Notes under the pieces: model-generated
Told to the model about the DNA's origin: nothing
What the model saw: the letters and a program-made list of their open reading frames with translations, nothing else
Database searches by the model: none
Shown here: piece by piece, positions 1 through 14,408 of the stretch
How the letters are laid out: each line of letters starts with the position of its first letter
Numbering within the stretch: the first letter of the stretch is position 1
Assembly: GCA_032718475.1 (NCBI GenBank)
Contig: JAUCBJ010008372.1
Location: 23,144-87,143 of the forward strand
Source: Nemertoderma westbladi
Lineage: Eukaryota; Animalia; Xenacoelomorpha
Length of the DNA: 64,000 bases
Direction of reading: 5' to 3'
Made by a program: the position numbers and the translations under genes

Positions 1-695
1 TAGCACCACATTTTGCACCCACTTCCGAAAAATACAAGTTTGAGATGTCTAGATCGAAAAATATATATTCCATTCAATTCAGAATAGCCATAAACCTCTA
101 AAACGCAAGAAATAAATTGTCACAAACAATTTTATCAATTGATTGGATTTTCAAAATTTTGTGCTAGCACCAAAATTTGCACCCACCACCGAAAAATACA
201 AGTTTGATACGCTTGGTGCAACTCGTATATATTTCATCGAAACCAGAACCCCAAAAAACCCCAATTGCGTAAAAAACAAGTTTCACACAATCAATTTACA
301 AAATTGACATATTTCAAAATTTGGTGCTGGCACCAAAAATTGGCACCCGCCGAAAAAAACAAGTTTGAAATTTCTAAATCAATTTATATGAATTCCATCC
401 AATTTCTAACTCCAAAAAACCGGTGTAAATCAATAATAGAGATGTTACAATTCATATTTAATGAAATGTAATTTTCAAAAAACGTCTCAAAAAAAGTGCC
501 AAAAGTAGGGTTAAAAAATGGTGCTATAACTCGAAAACTACCCAATATTTTTAAAAACGGTTTTTACTACTAGGAAGACAAAAGATGTTTAGGAAAAGTC
601 ATAAAATTTCAGATTGCCAACTGCGTTTGTTTCAGAATTATAATAAAAAAACCACGGGGGGGGGGGTCATATTGACCCCCCCGGGTTTAATAGGG
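1..695. mobile_element. Right part of piggyBac-like non-autonomous element (copy 1, cut by window edge)
   Basis: Near-identical to ~7909-8600; ends CCCGGGTTTAATAGGG followed by TTAA (696-699); subterminal GGGGGGTCATATTGACCCCCC near-palindrome. Confidence 0.85.
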
Positions 696-699
696 TTAA

Positions 700-3600
700 C
701 AGTATCGCAGGTAGTTGTTTATATTAACAGTATACAGTATCGCGGGTAGTTGTTTATATTAACAGTATACAGTATCGCGGGTAGTTGTTTATATTAACAG
801 TACAGTATCGCGGGTAGTTGTTTATATTAACAGTATACACTATCGCGGGTAGTTGTTTATATTAACAGTATACAGTATCGTGGGTAGTGGTTTATATTAA
901 CAGTACAGTATCGCGGGTAGTTGTTTATATTAACAGTATACACTATCGCGGGTAGTTGTTTATATTAACAGTATACAGTATCGTGGGTAGTGGTTTATAT
1001 TAACAGTATACAGTATCGCTGGTAGTTGTTTATATTAACAGTATACAGTATCATGGGTAGTTGTTTATATTAACAGTATACAGTATCGCGGGTATTTGTT
1101 TATATTAACAGTATCGCTGGTAGTTGTTTATATTAACAGTATACAATATCATGGGTAGTTGTTTATATTAACAGTATAAAGTATCGCGAGTAGTAGTTTA
1201 TTATTAACAGTATACAGTATCATGGGTAGTTTTTTATATTAACAGTATACAGTATCGCGGGTAGTTGTTTATAGTAACACCATACAGTATCATGTATAGT
1301 TGTTTATATTAACAGTATACAGTATCGCGGGTAGTTGTTTATAGTAACAGCATACAGTATCATGGGTAGTTGTTTATATTAACAGTATACAGTATCATGG
1401 GTAGTTATTTATATTAACAGTATACAGTATCGCGGGTAGTTGTTTATATTAACAGTATACAGTATTGCGGGTAGTTGTTTATATTAACAGTATACAGTAT
1501 CATGGGTAGTTGTTTATATTAACAGTCTACAGTATCGCGGGTAGTTGTTTATAGTAACAGCATACAGTATCATGGGTAGTTGTTTATATTAACAGTATAC
1601 AGTATCATGGGTAGTTGTTTATATTAACAGTATACAGTATTGCGGGTATAGTTGTTTATATTAACAGTATCGCAGGTAGTTGTTTATATTAACAGTATCG
1701 CAGGTAGTTGTTTATATTAACAGTATACAGTATCGCGGGTAGTTGTTTATATTAACAGTATACAGTATCGTGGGTAGTTGTTTATATTAACAGTACAGTA
1801 TCGCGGGTAGTTGTTTATATTAACAGTATCGCGGGTAGTTGTTTATATTAACAGTATACAGTATCGTGGGTAGTGGTTTATATTAACAGTATCGCAGGTA
1901 GTTGTTTATATTAACAGTATTGCAGGTAGTTGTTTATATTAACAGTATCGCAGGTAGTTGTTTATATTAACAGTATACAGTATCGCGGGTAGTTGTTTAT
2001 ATTAACAGTATACAGTATCGTGGGTAGTTGTTTATATTAACAGTACAGTATCGCAGGTAGTTGTTTATATTAACAGTATCGCAGGTAGTTGTTTATATTA
2101 ACAGTATACAGTATCGCGGGTAGTTGTTTATATTAACAGTATACAGTATCGTGGGTAGTTGTTTATATTAACAGTACAGTATCGCAGGTAGTTGTTTATA
2201 TTAACAGTATCGCAGGTAGTTGTTTATATTAACAGTATACAGTATCGCGGGTAGTTGTTTATATTAACAGTATACAGTATCGCGGGTAGTTGTTTATATT
2301 AACAGTATATAGTATCGCGGGTAGTTGTTTATATTAACAGTATATAGTATCGCGGGTAGTTGTTTATATTAACAGTATATAGTATCGCGGGTAGTTGTTT
2401 ATATTAACAGTATATAGTATCGCGGGTAGTTGTTTATATTAACAGTATATAGTATCGCGGGTAGTTGTTTATATTAACAGTATACAGTATCGCGGGTAGT
2501 TGTTTATATTAACAGTATACAGTATCGCGGGTAGTTGTTTATATTAACAATATACAGTATCGCGGGCAGTTGTTTATATTAACAGTATACAGTATCGCGG
2601 GTAGTTGTTTATATTAACAGTATACAGTATCGCGGGTACAGTAGTTGTTTATATTAACAGTATACAGTATCGCGGGTAGTTGTTTATATTAACAGTATAC
2701 AGTATCGTGGGTAGTTGTTTATATCAACAGTACAGTATCGCGGGTAGTTGTTTATATTAACAGTATACAGTATCGCGGGTAGTTGTTTATATTAACAGTA
2801 TACAGTATCGCGGGTAGTTGTTTATATTAACAGTATACAGTATCGTGGGTAGTGGTTTATACTAACAGTATCGCAGGTAGTTGTTTATATTAACAGTATC
2901 GCAGGTAGTTGTTTATATTAACAGTATCGCAGGTAGTTGTTTATATTAACAGTATACAGTATCGCGGGTAGTTGCTTATATTAACAGTATACAGTATCGT
3001 GGGTAGTTGTTTATATTAACAGTACAGTATCACGGGTAGTTGTTTATATTAACAGTATCGCGGGTAGTTGTTTATATTAACAGTATAAAGTATCGTGGGT
3101 AGTGGTTTATATTAACAGTATCGCAGGTAGTTGTTTATATTAAAAGTATACAGTATCGCGGGTAGTTGTTTATATTAACAGTATACAATATCGCAGGTAG
3201 TTGTTTATATTAACAGTATCACAGGTAGTTGTTTATATTAACAGTATACAGTATCGTGGGTAGTTGTTTATATTAACAGTACAGTATCGCAGGTAGTTGT
3301 TTATATTAACAGTATCGCAGGTAGTTGTTTATATTAACAGTATACAGTATAGCGGGTAGTTGTATATATTAACAGTATACAGTATCACGGGTAGTTGTTT
3401 ATATTAACAGTACAGTATCGCGGGTAGTTGTTTATATTAACAGTATACACTATCGCGGGTAGTTGTTTATATTAACAGTACAGTATCGCGGGTAGTTGTA
3501 TATATTAACAGTATCGCGGGTAGTTGTTTATATTAACAGTATACAGTATCGTGGGTAGTGGTTTATATTAACAGTATCGCAGGTAGTTGTTTATATTAAC

Positions 3601-6600
3601 AGTATACAGTATCGCGGGTAGTTGTTTATATTAACAGTATACAGTATCGCAGGTAGTTGTTTATATTAACAGTATCGCAGGTAGTTGTTTATATTAACAG
3701 TATACAGTATCGCGGGTAGTTGTTTATATTAACAGTATACACTATCGCGGGTAGTTGTTTATATTAACAGTACAGTATCGCGGGTAGTTGTATATATTAA
3801 CAGTATCGCGGGTAGTTGTTTATATTAACAGTACAGTATCGCAGGTAGTTGTTTATATTAACAGTATTGCAGGTAGTTGTTTATATTAACATTATACAGT
3901 ATCGCGGGTAGTTGTTTATATTAACAGTATACAGTATTGTGGGTAGTTGTTTATATTAACAGTACAGTATCGCAGGTAGTTGTTTATATTAACAGTATTG
4001 CAGGTAGTTGTTTATATTAACAGTATACAGTATCGCGGGTAGTTGTTTATATTAACAGTATACAGTATCGCGGGTAGTTGTTTATAGTAACACCATACAG
4101 TATCATGTATAGTTGTTTATATTAACAGTATACAGTATCGCGGGTAGTTGTTTATAGTAACAGCATACAGTATCATGGGTAGTTGTTTATATTAACAGTA
4201 TACAGTATCATGGGTAGTTATTTATATTAACAGTATACAGTATCGCGGGTAGTTGTTTATATTAACAGTATACAGTATTGCGGGTAGTTGTTTATATTAA
4301 CAGTATACAGTATCATGGGTAGTTGTTTATATTAACAGTCTACAGTATCGCGGGTAGTTGTTTATAGTAACAGCATACAGTATCATGGGTAGTTGTTTAT
4401 ATTAACAGTATACAGTATCATGGGTAGTTGTTTATATTAACAGTATACAGTATTGCGGGTATAGTTGTTTATATTAACAGTATCACAGGTAGTTGTTTAT
4501 ATTAACAGTATCGCAGGTAGTTGATTATATTAACAGTATACAGTATCGCGGGTAGTTGTTTATATTAACAGTATACAGTATCGTGGGTAGTTGTTTATAT
4601 TAACAGTACAGTATCGCGGGTAGTTGTTTATATTAACAGTATCGCGGGTAGTTGTTTATATTAACAGTATACAGTATCGTGGGTAGTGGTTTATATTAAC
4701 AGTATCGCAGGTAGTTGTTTATATTAACAGTATTGCAGGTAGTTGTTTATATTAACAGTATCGCAGGTAGTTGTTTATATTAACAGTATACAGTATCGCG
4801 GGTAGTTGTTTATATTAACAGTATACAGTATCGTGGGTAGTTGTTTATATTAACAGTACAGTATCGCAGGTAGTTGTTTATATTAACAGTATCGCAGGTA
4901 GTTGTTTATATTAACAGTATACAGTATCGCGGGTAGTTGTTTATATTAACAGTATACAGTATCGTGGGTAGTTGTTTATATTAACAGTACAGTATCGCAG
5001 GTAGTTGTTTATATTAACAGTATCGCAGGTAGTTGTTTATATTAACAGTATACAGTATCGCGGGTAGTTGTTTATATTAACAGTATACAGTATCGCGGGT
5101 AGTTGTTTATATTAACAGTATATAGTATCGCGGGTAGTTGTTTATATTAACAGTATATAGTATCGCGGGTAGTTGTTTATATTAACAGTATATAGTATCG
5201 CGGGTAGTTGTTTATATTAACAGTATATAGTATCGCGGGTAGTTGTTTATATTAACAGTATATAGTATCGCGGGTAGTTGTTTATATTAACAGTATACAG
5301 TATCGCGGGTAGTTGTTTATATTAACAGTATACAGTATCGCGGGTAGTTGTTTATATTAACAGTATACAGTATCGCGGGTAGTTGTTTATATTAACAGTA
5401 TACAGTATCGCGGGTAGTTGTTTATATTAACAGTATACAGTATCGCGGGTACAGTAGTTGTTTATATTAACAGTATACAGTATCGCGGGTAGTTGTTTAT
5501 ATTAACAGTATACAGTATCGTGGGTAGTTGTTTATATCAACAGTACAGTATCGCGGGTAGTTGTTTATATTAACAGTATACAGTATCGCGGGTAGTTGTT
5601 TATATTAACAGTATACAGTATCGCGGGTAGTTGTTTATATTAACAGTATACAGTATCGTGGGTAGTGGTTTATACTAACAGTATCGCAGGTAGTTGTTTA
5701 TATTAACAGTATCGCAGGTAGTTGTTTATATTAACAGTATCGCAGGTAGTTGTTTATATTAACAGTATACAGTATCGCGGGTAGTTGCTTATATTAACAG
5801 TATACAGTATCGTGGGTAGTTGTTTATATTAACAGTACAGTATCACGGGTAGTTGTTTATATTAACAGTATCGCGGGTAGTTGTTTATATTAACAGTATA
5901 AAGTATCGTGGGTAGTGGTTTATATTAACAGTATCGCAGGTAGTTGTTTATATTAAAAGTATACAGTATCGCGGGTAGTTGTTTATATTAACAGTATACA
6001 ATATCGCAGGTAGTTGTTTATATTAACAGTATCACAGGTAGTTGTTTATATTAACAGTATACAGTATCGCGGGTAGTTGTTTATATTAACAGTATACAGT
6101 ATCGTGGGTAGTTGTTTATATTAACAGTACAGTATCGCAGGTAGTTGTTTATATTAACAGTATCGCAGGTAGTTGTTTATATTAACAGTATACAGTATAG
6201 CGGGTAGTTGTATATATTAACAGTATACAGTATCACGGGTAGTTGTTTATATTAACAGTACAGTATCGCGGGTAGTTGTTTATATTAACAGTATACACTA
6301 TCGCGGGTAGTTGTTTATATTAACAGTACAGTATCGCGGGTAGTTGTATATATTAACAGTATCGCGGGTAGTTGTTTATATTAACAGTATACAGTATCGT
6401 GGGTAGTGGTTTATATTAACAGTATCGCAGGTAGTTGTTTATATTAACAGTATACAGTATCGCAGGTAGTTGTTTATATTAACAGTATACAGTATCGCAG
6501 GTAGTTGTTTATAATAACAGTATCGCAGGTAGTTGTTTATATTAACAGTATACAGTATCGCGGGTAGTTGTTTATATTAACAGTATACACTATCGCGGGT

Positions 6601-7037
6601 AGTTGTTTATATTAACAGTACAGTATCGCGGGTAGTTGTATATATTAACAGTATCGCGGGTAGTTGTTTATATTAACAGTACAGTATCGCAGGTAGTTGT
6701 TTATATTAACAGTATTGCAGGTAGTTGTTTATATTAACATTATACAGTATCGCGGGTTGTTGTTTATATTAACAGTATACAGTATTGCGGGTAGTTGTTT
6801 ATATTAACAGTACAGTATCGCAGGTAGTTGTTTATATTAACAGTATTGCAGGTAGTTGTTTATATTAACAGTATACAGTATCGCGGGTAGTTGTTTATAT
6901 TAACAGTATACAGTATCGCAGGTAGTTGTTTATATTAACAGTATACAGTATCGCGGGTAGTTGTTTATATTAACAGTATACAGTATCGTGGGTAGTTGTT
7001 TATATTAACAGTACAGTATCGCAGGTAGTTGTTTATA
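700..7037. repeat. 35-bp satellite array, block 1 (consensus CAGTATACAGTATCGCGGGTAGTTGTTTATATTAA; 33- and 28-bp variants)
   Basis: Directly visible tandem monomers; length variants come from partial or complete loss of the first CAGTATA subunit. Confidence 0.98.
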
Positions 7038-7041
7038 TTAA

Positions 7042-8600
7042 CCCTATTAGTACCGGGCTATAAAATGTTGTACAAATACCGGGGAGGGGTCATATTGACC
7101 CCCCCCCCCCTCTAAAATCTACAAATTTTTACGAAAACGTCTGATTTTTTGTTTGTACGTAGGTATCACAAGTCAGGATCCATCCGACCGAAAAAAAAAA
7201 TTTTCGAAAAAATGTACTGGGGTGGTTATATTGCAGCACCAAAATTACAAGTAGTGCACAATTTTCAGAAAATTTGAAACTTACATTTTTCGTCTAATTG
7301 TTTTTCAATACAGGTTTTCTGGGGCGCAAAATACATTGGAAAATATTTAAAAATGATTTGATTACTATAAGTGGCTGTTTAGTCCTCTCTGCGTCGGAAA
7401 AAAATGAAATAAACAAGTAACCAGCACTTTTCAGTTAGAACACAAAATTTTTAATTCACTTATACGATGCTATAAATTCACATTTTCAGGCTTTCTAGGG
7501 CGCTGATTCTAATGGAATACATTTCTAAAATGCCCCATCATTGCTACTTGTATTTTTCGACGTAATTTTGCAAATTTTGGTGCTAGGACCAAATTTCGTA
7601 CCCATCACCAAAAAGTAAAAGTTTGCGATGTCCAGTGCTGTTTTTATAGATTCCATCGGATTCAGGACCCTCATAAACCCGTATAACGCAATAAACAAGA
7701 TGATACTATCTACTGATCAATTTGCTTATTTTCCAAAATTTGGTGCTGGCACAACAATTTTCACCCACCGGCGCAAAATACAAGTTTGAAAACTCTCATG
7801 AAATTTTTACTGATTCCATTGAATTCAGAACCCTCACAAACCCGTATAACACAAGAAACAAGGTGACACAATCAATTTATATATTTGATGGTTTTCAAAA
7901 TTTGGTGCTAGCACCACATTTTGCACCCACTTCCGAAAAATACAAGTTTGAGATGTCTAGATCGAAAAATATATATTCCATTCAATTCAGAATAGCCATA
8001 AACCTCTAAAACGCAAGAAATAAATTGTCACAAACAATTTTATCAATTGAATGGATTTTCAAAATTTTGTGCTAGCACCAAAATTTGCACCCACCACCGA
8101 AAAATACAAGTTTGATACGCTTGGTGCAACTCGTATATATTTCATCGAAACCAGAACCCCAAAAAACCCCAATTGCGTAAAAAACAAGTTTCACACAATC
8201 AATTTACAAAATTGACATATTTCAAAATTTGGTGCTGGCACCAAAAATTGGCACCCGCCGAAAAAAACAAGTTTGAAATTTCTAAATCAATTTATATGAA
8301 TTCCATCCAATTTCTAACTCCAAAAAACCGGTGTAAATCAATAATAGAGATGTTACAATTCATATTTAATGAAATGTAATTTTCAAAAAACGTCTCAAAA
8401 AAAGTGCCAAAAGTAGGGTTAAAAAAGGGTGCTATAACTCGAAAACTACCCAATATTTTTAAAAACGGTTTTTACTACTAGGAAGACAAAAGATGTTTAG
8501 GAAAAGTCATAAAATTTCAGATTCCCAACTGCGTTTGTTTCAGAATTATAATAAAAAAACCACGGGGGGGGTCATATTGACCCCCCCGGGTTTAATAGGG
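7042..8600. mobile_element. Complete piggyBac-like non-autonomous element (~1.56 kb)
   Basis: TTAA on both sides (7038-7041, 8601-8604) splitting a satellite monomer; imperfect TIRs CCCTATTAGTACCGGG / CCCGGGTTTAATAGGG; GGGGTCATATTGACCCC near both ends; no transposase ORF. TTAA TSD with CCC...GGG ends is the established piggyBac signature. Confidence 0.88.
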
Positions 8601-8604
8601 TTAA

Positions 8605-11600
8605 CAGTATCGCAGGTAGTTGTTTATATTAACAGTATACAGTATCGCGGGTAGTTGTTTATATTAACAGTATACAGTATCGCGGGTAGTTGTTTATATT
8701 AACAGTACAGTATCGCGGGTAGTTGTTTATATTAACAGTATACACTATCGCGGGTAGTTGTTTATATTAACAGTATACAGTATCGTGGGTAGTGGTTTAT
8801 ATTAACAGTACAGTATCGCGGGTAGTTGTTTATATTAACAGTATACACTATCGCGGGTAGTTGTTTATATTAACAGTATACAGTATCGTGGGTAGTGGTT
8901 TATATTAACAGTATCGCAGGTAGTTGTTTATATTAACAGTATCGCAGGTAGTTGTTTATATTAACAGTATCGCAGGTAGTTGTTTATATTAACAGTATAC
9001 AGTATCGCGGGTAGTTGTTTATATTAACAGTATACAGTATCGTGGATAGTTGTTTATATTAACAGTACAGTATCGCGGGTAGTTGTTTATATTAACAGTA
9101 TACAGTATCGCGGGTAGTTGTTTATATTAACAGTATACAGTATCGCGGGTAGTTGTTTATATTAACAGTATACACTATCGCGGGTAGTTGTTTATATTAA
9201 CAGTACAGTATCGCGGGTAGTTGTTTATATTAACAGTATCGCGGGTAGTTGTTTATATTAACAGTATACAGTATCGTGGGTAGTGGTTTATATTAACAGT
9301 ATCGCAGGTAGTTGTTTATATTAACAGTATACAGTATCGCGGGTAGTTGTTTATATTAACAGTATACAGTATCGCAGGTAGTTGTTTATATTAACAGTAT
9401 CGCAGGTAGTTGTTTATATTAACAGTATACAGTATCGCGGGTAGTTGTTTATATTAACAGTATACAGTATCGTGGGTAGTTGTTTATATTAACAGTACAG
9501 TATCGCGGGTAGTTGTTTATATTAACAGTATACACTATCGCGGGTAGTTGTTTATATTAACAGTATACAGTATCGTGGGTAGTGGTTTATATTAACAGTA
9601 TCGCAGGTAGTTGTTTATATTAACAGTATCGCAAGTAGTTGTTTATATTAACAGTATCGCAGGTAGTTGTTTATATTAACAGTATACAGTATCGCGGGTA
9701 GTTGTTTATATTAACAGTATACAGTATCGTGGGTAGTTGTTTATATTAACAGTACAGTATCGCGGGTAGTTGTTTATATTAACAGTATACAGTATCGCGG
9801 GTAGTTGTTTATATTAACAGTATACAGTATCGCGGGTAGTTGTTTATATTAACAGTATACAGTATCGCGGGTAGTTGTTTATATTAACAGTATACAGTAT
9901 CGCGGGTAGTTGTTTATATTAACAGTACAGTATCGCGGGTAGTTGTTTATATTAACAGTATACAGTATCGTGGGTAGTTGTTTATATTAACAGTATACAG
10001 TATCGCGGGTAGTTGTTTATAGTAACAGTATACAATATCGTGGGTAGTTGTTTATATTAACAGTATACAGTATCGCGGGTAATTGTTTATAGTAACAGTA
10101 CAGTATCGTGGGTAATTGTTTATATTAACAGTACAGTATCGCGGGTAGTTGTTTATAGTAACAGTATACAGTATCGCGGGTAGTTGTTTATATTAACAGT
10201 ATACAGTATCGCGGGTAGTTGTTTATAGTAACAGTACAGTATCGCGGGTAGTTGTTTATATTAACAGTATACAGTATCGTGGGTAGTTGTTTATATTAAC
10301 AGTATACAGTATCGCGGGTAGTTGTTTATAGTAACAGTATACAGTATCGTGGGTAGTTGTTTATATTAACAGTATACAGTATCGCGGGTAGTTGTTTATA
10401 TTAACAGCATACAGTATCGTGGGTAGTTGTTTATATTAACAGTATACAGTATCGCGGGTAGTTGTTTATATTAACAGCATACAGTATCGTGGGTAGTTGT
10501 TTATATTAACAGTATACAGTATCGTGGGTAGTTGTTTATATTAACAGTACAGTATCGCGGGTAGTTGTTTATAGTAACAGTATACAGTATCGTGGGTAGT
10601 TGTTTATATTAACAGTATACAGTATCGCGGGTAGTTGTTTATATTAACAGTATACAGTATCGCGGGTAGTTGTTTATATTAACAGTATACAGTATCGCGG
10701 GTAGTTGTTTATATTAACAGTACAGTATCGCGGGTAGTTGTTTATAGTAACAGTATACAGTATCGTGGGTAGTTGTTTATATTAACAGTATACAGTATCG
10801 CGGGTAGTTGTTTATATTAACAGTACAGTATCGCGGGTAGTTGTTTATAGTAACAGTATACAGTATCGTGGGTAGTTGTTTATATTAACAGTATACAGTA
10901 TCGCGGGTAGTTGTTTATATTAACAGTACAGTATCGCGGGTAGTTGTTTATAGTAACAGTATACAGTATCGCGGGTAGTTGTTTATATTAACAGTATACA
11001 GTATCGTGGGTAGTTGTTTATATTAACAGTACAGTATCGCGGGTAGTTGTGTATAGTAACAGTATATGTACAGTATCGTGGGTAGTTGTTTATATTAACA
11101 GTATACACTATCGCGGGTAGTAGTTTATATTAACAGTATACACTATCGCGGGTAGTTGTTTATATTAACAGTATACAGTATCGTGGGTAGTCGTTTATAT
11201 TAACAGTACAGTATTGCGGGTAGTTGTTTATATTAACAGTATACAGTATCGCGGGTAGTTGTTTATATTAACAGTATACAGTATCGTGGGTAGTTGTTTA
11301 TATTAACAGTACAGTATCGCGGGTAGTTGTTTATAGTAACAGTATACAGTATCGTGGGTATTTGTTTATATTAACAGTATACAGTATCGCGGGTAGTTGT
11401 TTATATTAACAGTACAGTATCGCGGGTAGTTGTTTATATTAACAGTATACACTATCGCGGGTAGTTTTTTATATTAACAGTATACAGTATCGTGGGTAGT
11501 GGTTTATATTAACAGTATCGCAGGTAGTTGTTTATATTAACAGTATCGCAGGTAGTTGTTTATATTAACAGTATCGCAGGTAGTTGTTTATATTAACAGT

Positions 11601-14372
11601 ATACAGTATCGCGGGTAGTTGTTTATATTAACAGTATACAGTATCGTGGGTAGTTGTTTATATTAACAGTACAGTATCGCGGGTAGTTGTTTATATTAAC
11701 AGTATACAGTATCGCGGGTAGTTGTTTATATTAACAGTATACAGTATCGCGGGTAGTTGTTTATATTAACAGTATACAGTATCGCGGGTAGTTGTTTTAT
11801 TAACAGTATACAGTATCGCGGGTAGTTGTTTATATTAACAGTACAGTATCGCGGGTAGTTGTTTATATTAACAGTATACAGTATCGTGGGTAGTTGTTTA
11901 TATTAACAGTATACAGTATCGCGGGTAGTTGTTTATAGTAACAGTATACAGTATCGCGGGTAGTTGTTTTATTAACAGTATACAGTATCGCGGGTAGTTG
12001 TTTATATTAACAGTACAGTATCGCGGGTAGTTGTTTATATTAACAGTATACAGTATCGTGGGTAGTTGTTTATATTAACAGTATACAGTATCGCGGGTAG
12101 TTGTTTATATTAACAGTATACAGTATCGCGGGTAGTTGTTTATAGTAACAGTACAGTATCGCGGGTAGTTGTTTATATTAACAGTATACAGTATCGTGGG
12201 TAGTTGTTTATAGTAACAGTATACAGTATCGCGGGTAGTTGTTTATATTAACAGTATACAGTATCGCGGGTAGTTGTTTATATTAACAGTATACAGTATC
12301 GCGGGTAGTTGTTTATATTAACAGTATACAGTATCGTGGGTAGTTGTTTATATTAACAGTATACAGTATCGCGGGTAGTTGTTTATAGTAACAGTATACA
12401 GTATCGCGGGTAGTTGTTTATATTAACAGTATACAGTATCGTGGGTAGTTGTTTATATTAACAGTATACAGTATCGCGGGTAGTTGTTTATAGTAACAGT
12501 ATACAGTATCGTGGGTAGTTGTTTATATTAACAGTATACAGTATCGCGGGTAGTTGTTTATATTAACAGTATACAGTATCGCGGGTAGTTGTTTATATTA
12601 ACAGTATACAGTATCGTGGGTAGTTGTTTATATTAACAGTATACAGTATCGCGGGTAGTTGTTTATAGTAACAGTATACAGTATCGCGGGTAGTTGTTTA
12701 TATTAACAGTATACAGTATCGTGGGTAGTTGTTTATATTAACAGTATACAGTATCGCGGGTAGTTGTTTATAGTAACAGTATACAGTATCGTGGGTAGTT
12801 GTTTATATTAACAGTATACAGTATCGCGGGTAGTTGTTTATATTAACAGCATACAGTATCGTGGGTAGTTGTTTATATTAACAGTATACAGTATCGCGGG
12901 TAGTTGTTTATATTAACAGCATACAGTATTGTGGGTAGTTGTTTATATTAACAATATACAGTATCGTGGGTAGTTGTTTATATTAACAGTACAGTATCGC
13001 GGGTAGTTGTTTATAGTAACAGTATACAGTATCGTGGGTAGTTGTTTATATTAACAGTATACAGTATTGCGGGTAGTTGTTTATATTAACAGTATACAGT
13101 ATCGCGGGTAGTTGTTTATATTAACAGTATACAGTATCGCGGGTAGTTGTTTATATTAACAGTACAGTATCGCGGGTAGTTGTTTACAGTAACAGTATAC
13201 AGTATCGTGGGTAGTTGTTTATATTAACAGTATACAGTATCGCGGGTAGTTGTTTATATAAACAGTACAGTATCGCAGGTAGTTGTTTATAGTAACAGTA
13301 TACAGTATCGTGGGTAGTTGTTTATATTAACAGTATACAGTATCGCGGGTAGTTGTTTATATTAACAGTACAGTATCGCGGGTAGTTGTTTATAGTAACA
13401 GTATACAGTATCGCGGGTAGTTGTTTATATTAACAGTATACAGTATCGTGGGTAGTTGTTTATATTAACAGTACAGTATCGCGGGTAGTTGTTTATAGTA
13501 ACAGTATATGTACAGTATCGTGGGTAGTTGTTTATATTAACAGTATACACTATCGCGGGTAGTTGTTTATATTAACAGTATATACTATCGCGGGTAGTTG
13601 TTTATATTAACAGTATACAGTATCGTGGGTAGTCGTTTATATTAACAGTACAGTATCGCGGGTAGTTGTTTATATTAACAGTATACAGTATCGCGGGTAG
13701 TTGTTTATATTAACAGTATACAGTATCGTGGGTAGTTGTTTATATTAACAGTACAGTATCGCGGGTAGTTGTTTATAGTAACAGTATACAGTATCGTGGG
13801 TATTTGTTTATATTAACAGTATACAGTATCGCGGGTAGTTGTTTATAGTAACAGTATACAGTATCGCGGGTAGTTGTTTATATTAACAGTATACAGTATC
13901 GCGGGTAGTTGTTTATATTAACAGTATACAGTATCGCGGGTAGTTGTTTATATTAACAGTATACAGTATTGCGGGTAGTTGTTTATAGTAACAGTATACA
14001 GTATCGCGGGTAGTTGTTTATATTAACAGTATACACTATCGCGGGTGGTTGTTTATATTAACAGTATACAGTATTGCGGGTAGTTGTTTATATTAACAGT
14101 ATACAGTATCGCGGGTAGTTGTTTATAGTAACAGTATTCAGTATCGCAGGTAGTTGTTTATATTAACAGTATACACTATCGCGGGTAGTTGTTTATATTA
14201 ACAGTATACAGTATCGCGGGTAGTTGTTTATATTAACAGTATACAGTATCGCGGGTAGTTGTTTATATTAACAGTATACAGTATCACGGGTAGTTGTTTA
14301 TATTAACAGTATACACTATCGCGGGTAGTTGTTTATATTAACAGTATACACTATCGCGGGTAGTTGTTTATA
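8605..14372. repeat. 35-bp satellite array, block 2
   Basis: Same monomer as block 1; ends about 36 bp before the ROCO ORF. Confidence 0.98.
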
Positions 14373-14408
14373 GTTGCTCCAACCCAGAATTTTTCATCGT
14401 AATATTGG

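Noticed and set aside
265-8379. Short ORFs 265-471, 7722-8009 and 8173-8379
   Set aside because: Lie in the MITE's internal repeats, start at TTG, and show no transposase motifs.
700-14372. 35-bp repeats as a CRISPR array
   Set aside because: No unique spacers, no cas genes, eukaryotic context.
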